A DNA stretch of 64,000 bases, taken from the NCBI RefSeq assembly GCF_009914755.1, contig NC_060932.1, one strand, 5' to 3'. Of the stretch, positions 55,184-64,000 are shown one piece after another. Position 1 is the stretch's first letter; each line of letters starts with the position of its first letter. A program made the position numbers and the translations under genes. This DNA is from the human T2T-CHM13v2.0 reference genome, Homo sapiens. The notes under the pieces were generated by a model. The model was not told where the DNA came from, searched no databases, and saw only the letters and a list, made by a program, of their open reading frames with translations.

Positions 55184-56029
55184 TCAGGAGGCTGAGATGG
55201 GAGGATGGCTTGAGACCAGGAGGTCAAGGCTGCACTGAGCCATGATTGTGCCACTGCACTCCAGTCTCAAAAAGATTAAAAAACAAAATTTATAACAGTA
55301 TTACTGTTCCCTCAAAAGCTACTCCTACAGGAGTGGCACAAAGGATATCAGGAAAAAAAAAACCCTCTTAAATGCTATTCCCATTGTCTTCCCACAGAAA
55401 ATTGCCTGGTCCATTATCGAGTCATGAAAACAAACAAAAAGGATAAACCAGTTCCTTATTACAGAGCTGGACTAAAATCTTATATATAAAACCATTCTAG
55501 GCTTAAAATACATAATGAAACAACTGAAATGCCTTACAGCCTTTTAAATGAATAAACTCTTAACAGAGCTTGGAGACCAGATTAAAAAACATAAGATTGG
55601 ATAGAAAGTCATTGATATGACCCAATTGGTCACTACGAGTAAGCACTTTGAAAGACTTTTAGAATCATAAAAAATGCTAAAAGAAAGAATAAACAGGCTA
55701 ATAAACTAATATCTTTACAAGTACAAAAGCTACAGGAACAGACCTCCTTATATCTGTTATAACTCAAAACTGATATGTCCTAAACAAAGGAAACCTGGGT
55801 AAGCTCTATACCTCGAGATGGCTGCATTCATTGTAAACAATGAGGTCCCTGGAAGACATGTCATCTGCTCTTGGAGTAGTCCTCTAATAGGCTGGCTCCT
55901 TTTGGGCCACACAGTATTCCCATCAGAGAAAGTCCCCGAGGGTTTGACAACAATCCACCCTGTAGGGGTGGAGGACCTGAGGAATTCTCTGGTGAGGAAC
56001 TTCCTGTAATACCTTTTTTTTGAAATTAA

Positions 56030-56950
<921 letters not shown>

Positions 56951-56959
56951 CTAATACTA

Positions 56960-57565
56960 AGATGATGAAGATTCTTGTACACTATTTGTGGTCACTGGAG
57001 TCACTGTATTCACTTTAATAACAACTCTAATAAATCAAAGTATCCCTCTGAGTAAAAAAATACTTCTGTGATGGGTGTTTCAAATCCTATCCAGGGAATC
57101 CCCATGTCTCAACCTGTCCATATCATGCTTGGATCATTTTAGAAAAACATGCTTTCCTACTATGTGATACTGCCCCAGGAAATGTGATGGAATGACATTT
57201 ACTTTCTGAGTTGAGAGAACACATAACATTCTGTTTCAAGGGAGAAATCATCTTGGAATTTCCGGATTCTCCAGAACACAAAATTATTAATTAAATTATT
57301 AAAAGAATTAAACCTATAAAATATCAAATAGACTATTCTAAGCCATTGCCTAAATTTTCCCAATATCCACTAAAATTGGAGGCAGTTCAGGGACTTTCAC
57401 CAATTATAGAGGAATTAATTAAATGAGGACTTATAATTCCTTCACTACTCCCTACAACATTCCAATCCTACCAATCAAAAATCTAATGGACAAGTTGGAG
57501 ATTTGTTCAAGGTTTACGTGCAGTAAGCAAAACTGCAATCCCAAGATTTCCTGTGGCCCTAAATC
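56960..57565 (+). mobile_element. ERV1 pro/RT fragment
   Basis: PYNIPILPIK, then (frameshifted) WRFVQGLRAVSKTAIPRFPVALNP, is a gammaretroviral RT N-terminal motif. Confidence 0.7.
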
Positions 57566-57971
57566 CAGAAACCAAACAGAGGAAAATTTAATAGAACCAG
57601 GTCTTTATGGAGGTCACTGTCACCACATCTGAGTAACTTGGGTGCAGAATCTGGGGACATGATTGACTTTCCTTAATTGGATCTACACAATTTACCTGAG
57701 GAGAAATGTTTTGCTAAAGAGGCTAGCCTTGATTAGATTTGGCTTAACAGGAGCCAAGTTATTCAGGTGGGTCCCTTGGATTATACAGTTGATGAGATGA
57801 TAGGACTGATTAGCATATATAATTGATGAGGTTATCAACTGCATAAAAAGAGGGCTCACCACTCACATGGTGCTTTCCCAGGAGAGTGGAAGAAGCTCTG
57901 AGCACCGGAGTGTGGTGACAGCGACCTCCATAAAGACCTGGCTCCATTGGATTTTCCTGTTTGGTTTCTGG
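57565..57971. repeat. ~62-bp inverted repeat with a 283-bp spacer
   Basis: Arm 57565-57627 equals the reverse complement of 57911-57971, with 5 substitutions and a 2-bp indel. Confidence 0.9.
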
Positions 57972-60259
57972 TGAGTACTGGAGAAATTTTTACCAGGGCA
58001 GACGCATCCCATTTATTTTCGTCAATAAATTTTAACGTGAAAATTATTGTTTAATTGGACTACAGGTATTTGGTGGCAAGCTCTCTGAGAGGAGTTTAGG
58101 TTACTGTGGACATGTAATTTCTCTCGAATTCTAGTTCATATGTAATGGTCAGAGAAAAACTTACCTAATCTTGGCACACAGGAGTTGATTTCTCTGGGCT
58201 GGGCATGTTGGTTCATGCCTGTAATCCTGCCACTTTAGAAGGCTGAGTCGGGAGGATCACTTGAGGCCAGAAGCTGGATACCAGCATGGCAAACATACTG
58301 AGGTCCCATCTCTACAAAATATAAATTAAAAGTTACCTGGGCATGGTGGTGGCTCATGCCTATAGTCCTAGCTGCTTGGAAGGCTGAGGCAGGAGGACTA
58401 CCTTGAGCCCAGGAAATGGAGGTTACACTGAGCTGTGATCATGCCACTGCACTCCAGCCTAGAGTAAAGAGAGAGACCGTGTCTCAAAAAAAAAAAAAAA
58501 AAAAGTTGATTTTCTGCAATTAGATTAGTGGAAGTATACAGTACATAAATAAGTATAATAAGCTGAGACCCAGAGAATAGTTCTCCGAGGAGTGACATAT
58601 AAGTTTAGACTGTGGGAAAGGGAGAATGAAGAAAAAATGTGTTTGTGTGTATTGGGGTGGAGGTATATGTGGATGAAGGCTGATAGTAAAGAGGGAACAG
58701 ATAAAGTCATGCTTAATTTTGATTATGCAATTCTTAGGGGCCCTGTAAAAGATTGGTTCGTGGATGCGTTGGTGTTGTCATTAAGAAATATCGGAGACTA
58801 GGGGGTGTATTTTTGTATGGTTTTGTGGAGGAGGTAATATCCTCAGACATTTCATTGACTGCAACTATGCAAGTGTAAATGATCTCAGAAGTAGAATCCA
58901 GACAAGAATCTGTCACTGTCAGTTTGGAGATAGCAACGGAAGAAATGGAAGCAATTGAATACATGTGTGAGAGTGCCAAGATAGGGTACAAAAAGAAGAG
59001 AGAAGAGAGTCTAGGATGGAATTCTGGGTCATTTAAATAATATCATTTGTGCTATTTGCAGAGAACTTAGGGGAGTAGTGACTACAGAGTAATTTTAAAA
59101 CAGTAGTATGAAAAGGAGAGAATAGTTTGGTTCTTTTCTGTTCCAAGTAAAAGACTAAGGAACACCCATTAGGTACTTTATGGAACAATTATTGGTGTTG
59201 TTGGCAAGACATATTAATGAACAGACCATTGGTGGTCTCAGTAAGTCAAAGGGTGAGAGGGGATGAGGAAATGTTACCATTTTGACTTTCAATTTTCAGT
59301 TCAACTATGAGGGAAAGCACAGGAAAGCAGATACTAGAGAGAAAATAGGTTTAGATGTGGTTTTTGTTTCAAAAGCTTCATGATGATAGATTGGGAAGAG
59401 TAGAAGGAGCTGGTAAAGGAGATTTACTATATAAGTGGTAACATGAAGCTCCTAAGGGCAGGAGATAAAGCTTGAATTTGAATCAATTAAACATGCCAAG
59501 GGAAGAAAATATTTCAGTTTTATAGGCAAGAAGTAGTAATGGATGGGTATGGATTAAAGTAGAACTGCAGACTTCATGGCAGTGAGCTAAGGTAATTGGT
59601 GAGAAAATTTAATTCATCTTGGTAGGAGGAGGAAATTCCATCTGTGTAAAGTATGATAAAGGTAAGTATGTGCGTGATGCAAAAGTCATGGAGTAGATTT
59701 GATGTATTCATGGAGCTAAAAGAATAATTTAGATAGCAAGATACTGTGGGATTGCAAGATATATTTGAGAGTTACTGGGTATTGTGTGTCCGTATTAGGC
59801 CAGGATCAATCTCCTAGTCATGTTCTCTGTCAGAACTGGCTGCCGAATAGGAAAAAATATGAAGCCACTAAGATTGGTGTTTAGATCCAGAGTAAGATCA
59901 GATAGTAGGAGGTAGTAAGAGGTCAAATGGACAGATAATTTTTGATGCTGCTGGTCAATATTGAAGAGCGTCATGGTGATTAAGCTAAGCAGTGAAAATG
60001 ATGAAATTTGAGGGCCAATGGAAAGAAACTAGGTTCAACTAACTCTAGGGTCCCTGCGGTAGAAAACTGTGGACATTGGAAATGATTCTGTGAACATCCC
60101 CAAAGGAGAGAAGGCTATGATTATGGGGTGTGGCCTCTGATTTTTTAAAATCTGGAATCAACAGTAAAACCTAGGTATAGTATGTACTTCTCAAGGTGAC
60201 CATATTTAGAAATGTGAGTGTGTGAGCAGTGTTACAATTAGACTAGACTTAAAATCTTA

Positions 60260-60775
<516 letters not shown>

Positions 60776-61058
60776 TCATGTTACTAAAGCCTTCTGAGCC
60801 CACATTCAGCTCACTTCTTACACTGAAAATAACACCAACAGCAGGGTTATTGGGAGAGTTATTTAGACAAATAGATATGTATATAACTAGGTAAATCTAT
60901 ATCTATATCTGTGATCTTCAAGGAGAGCGTCACGTGTAATTAAAGTTTAAATAATTTACTTTTTATTTTTATCTGAACCTTAGGTGAAAGCAGTGAGTTA
61001 AGGCTACGTTGAGAACTCTGTCAGAGAGTGCATTGATCACCCACCTGCACCTACAAAG

Positions 61059-61493
61059 ATGGGAAACTGCCTGAGACGCCCCACCTCAGATGACACTATT
61101 GTGCAACCGTCGACAGGGCAGGATCTTAGGCCCCTACTGCCACATATGGAACAAGCTCCAGTTCCAGTCTATCACCCAGCACCTGGCCAGCCTCTGTTAG
61201 CAATACTGCTGACTGAAGAAGAACAAGTTAGAACAGCTCAAAGACTAAGCCTTCTACAGTGTCTGCCTGAAGAAGTTTATGACCCTGGAAGAGATAAATC
61301 AGAAGAGGAGATGCCAGAGTGTGTGATCTGTTTACTGGAATTTGTTTGTGGGGACCCCATTCGATGTCTGCCATGCAAACACTTCTTTCACCTTGACTGC
61401 ATAGACACATGGCTGCTGCGATCTTTCACATGTCCCTACTGCCGGGGGCCAGTGGATGCAGCGCTGTCTACATCCTTGGGACAAACTGGGTGA
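61059..61493 (+). CDS. Intronless RNF11-like RING-H2 protein (retrocopy with intact 144-aa ORF; retrogene or processed pseudogene)
   Basis: MGNCL..PTSDD, PVPVYHP, LTEEEQ.R.AQR, VYDPGRD and ECVIC..F..GDPIR.LPC.H..HLDCID.WL.RSFTCP.C..PVDAAL match the recalled RNF11. All eight Zn ligands are present, the Kozak context is aagATGG, an acceptor ccttag|g lies at 60983/60984 and AATAAA at ~61907. Homology is confident; translation is not shown. Confidence 0.75.
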   Translation: MGNCLRRPTSDDTIVQPSTGQDLRPLLPHMEQAPVPVYHPAPGQPLLAILLTEEEQVRTAQRLSLLQCLPEEVYDPGRDKSEEEMPECVICLLEFVCGDPIRCLPCKHFFHLDCIDTWLLRSFTCPYCRGPVDAALSTSLGQTG

Positions 61494-62745
61494 CTTCAAG
61501 ATAAACATAATTTTTGATGGTTTTGGTTTTTTGCCACTAAGCCAAAGAGCCAGGGAATAGAAATTATGATGATGCACAAAAAGTTTTCTAAAATTTTTAA
61601 AATAACTACAGATGCTGGGACATAGTAAGTGACATTTTAGAAACTTACAGGGAAAAGTAGGGGGATTTTTTTATGGACAGCTTGACCCAAGGTTTATAAA
61701 TACAAGTGCATTTAGATTTTGTTTTTGTTCTAGTACGTAGGAATTGTGTAAAGTGTTGCAGCAGCTGTATTTGTTTTAATTGTGTGAAGATTAGGAAAAA
61801 GATTGTGGTTATTTTTACTAAATGAAATAACTTCTCCCCAGTGCAAACCCTTAACTAAAGTTACTGGCATTTACCTTAAGGTGTTAAGAGCTGCATTTAC
61901 ATGTTCAAATAAACTTTCACAAGGCCCTTATCTTTTTTCTCCAACATTTTATGAGAGGTTTAACTTTTTAAATGTCTCATAAATACAATCAAAATTTTAA
62001 AAAGGGCGCATCCCACACAAGAAGCCCAGTTGAGTTTGATGTCTGTGTAATCACGATATGTCTCCAGGAATGTAGTGCTAATTATGTTTATTTTCTGTGT
62101 TCCCTGCTTAAGGAGAGCTTTCTTGTGTAACCTGCCTCTGGTGTTTTCTGTTTTTTGTTTTTGTCTCTGTTTCCTGCTATTCAACCATCTTAGGAAATTT
62201 GTTCTAGCAGCTCAGGAATGGCTCATGGGCCTTTACCTCCTCTGAGTGGTTTTTCTCCTGACAGGGGACACTTTGCATTGATCCCTGAAGCAGTTCCACT
62301 CCTCAAGGCAGCCTTCTGTGGCTCCCTGGACTGTGCTCCTTCAGAGGAAGACCTCCAGACCTCAGCTTCTTCCTGTATGACATGAGGGAGGCTGGCATTT
62401 ATACACTCATTAAAAATTCATATTTTAAAGCATTTTCCAGCAAATCCACCCCCAGAAGAGAACAATTTTTCTGCGTCTCCCGAACCAATTATTCAATAGT
62501 GCGCTGTGATACCCACCCAGCGCAGGCTGGAGACAAGATGGGGTGTGGACTCTCGGGAGGCGGCGACTCCAGGCGTCCACCAGAGCGGGGCTTACGGTCC
62601 CCGAGGCGGCGCGGCTGAAGAGTTGGTTTAGGTTTAATGAGAAACAACTTGGCAAATCTGAAAAACAATAGTTGGGAAAAGTGTTAAAAAAGACCAAGCC
62701 CAGGAGCTTAAGACAAAATCTGGCAGTTCCCTCCCGCGGCCGCCA

Positions 62746-63645
62746 GGGGTCAGTGCGCACCTGAGGAGGGGGAGGCCCGGGATCGGCGAGCGCCTGAGGA
62801 GGGAGGGTCCGGGGGTCACTGCGCACCTGCGGAGGTGGGGGCGGCCAGGGTCAGTGTCCCCCTGGGGAGGGGGGGTCAGGGGGTCAGCCTTCACCTGAGG
62901 AGGGGGCGGCCAGGGTCCGTGCCCACCTGAGGAGGGGGGTTCAGGGGGTCAGCCTTCACCTGCGGAGGTGGGGGCGGCCAGGGTCCGTGCCCACCTGAGG
63001 AGGGGGGTTCAGGGGGTCAGCCTTCACCTGCGGAGGTGGGGGCGGCCAGGGTCAGTGTCCACCTGGGGGGGGGTTAGGGGGTCAGCCTTCACCTGCGGAG
63101 GTGGGGGCGGCCAGGGTCAGTGTCCACCTGGGGGGGGGTCAGGGGGTCAGCCTTCACCTGCGGAGGGGGCGGCCGGCGGTCAGTGCGCACCTGAAGAGGG
63201 GGAGGCCCGGGGTCAGGGCGCACACGGGGATGCGGCGGTCGGGGGATCAGTGCCCACCTGGGGAGGGGGCGGCCGGGGGTCGGTGTGCAGCTGCAGAGGG
63301 GGCGGCCGGGGTCAGTGCGCACCTGCGGAGATGGGGGTGGCGGAGGGTGAGTGCGCACCTGGGAGGGGACGATCTGGGGGTCAGTGCGCATTGGCGGAAG
63401 GGGTAGTCCGGGCGTCTGTGCCCACCTGCGGAGGGGGTGGCAGGGGGTCAGTGCGCAACTGCAGAGGGTGCGGTCCGGGGGTCAGTGCTCACCTGGGAGG
63501 GGGCAGTCGGGGGCCAGTGCGCACCTGGGGAGGGGGCAGTCTGGGGGTCAGTGCGCACCTGCGGAGGTGTGGGGGCCGCCGGGGGTCAGCGAGCAGCTGA
63601 GGAGCGGGCGAGGCCGGGGGTCAGTGAGCACCTGCGGAGGAGGCG
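62746..63645. repeat. G-rich ~30-35-bp VNTR within a CpG-rich region
   Basis: gggtcag(tgcg/cctt)cacctg(c/a)ggagg.. units; A/B alternation at ~62850-63180; G-rich purine tail continuing to 64000. Confidence 0.9.
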
Positions 63646-64000
63646 CTGGGAGTGGGGAGAGGGGACCAGGAGGGGCGTGTGGGGAGACGGGAGAGGGGCT
63701 TGGGGGTACCCTGAAGTGAGAAGTGGGGGGGCAGGGAGTGGGGTCTGAGGGGACAGGGGAGTGTTAGGAGGATCCTGCAGTGGAATGTGAAGGGACCGAG
63801 ACGGGGGTGTGGGGGGACCACAGGGGATATGGGGGCATGAGGGGTTGGGAGGGTTGGGGGGACCCTGGAGTGGGATATAGGGCCACCAGGAAGGGATGTC
63901 TGGGGAACAGGGGCGGTGTGGGGATGTGGGGAGATGGGGGAGGGGATTGGGTGGGACGTGGGAGGACTGGCAGGTGGGCTTTGGGGACAAGGGTGGCCAG

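Noticed and set aside
62425-63990. Gly-rich ORFs up to 210 aa
   Set aside because: These are translations of the G-rich VNTR.

Overview
Eukaryotic (human-like) chromosome end, read from the telomere inward. It most likely corresponds to distal 8p, because the window holds an intact ZNF596 gene. From the end inward: (1) about 2.5 kb of (CCCTAA)n with ordered variant-repeat blocks; (2) a TAR1/TERRA-promoter region with an ~11-unit 61-bp CTCF-motif array; (3) an RPL23A processed pseudogene with a 13-bp target-site duplication (TSD); (4) a fossil hAT transposase; (5) two interstitial telomeric tracts; (6) a ~1.3-kb-period Alu/L1 tandem array; (7) an internal, degraded copy of the terminal TAR1+L1 block, i.e. 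a fossil chromosome end; (8) a bidirectional CpG island; (9) KRAB-ZNF gene ZNF596 (504 aa, 11 C2H2 fingers); (10) a nested ERV1/L1PA/LTR5 stack; (11) a ~62-bp inverted repeat; (12) an intact but strongly diverged intronless RNF11-like RING-H2 ORF; (13) a G-rich VNTR. The best candidate for something undescribed is the RNF11-like retrogene, followed by the fossil-telomere layering. Gene and repeat-family names come from recalled sequences, not database searches; coordinates of repeats are approximate.
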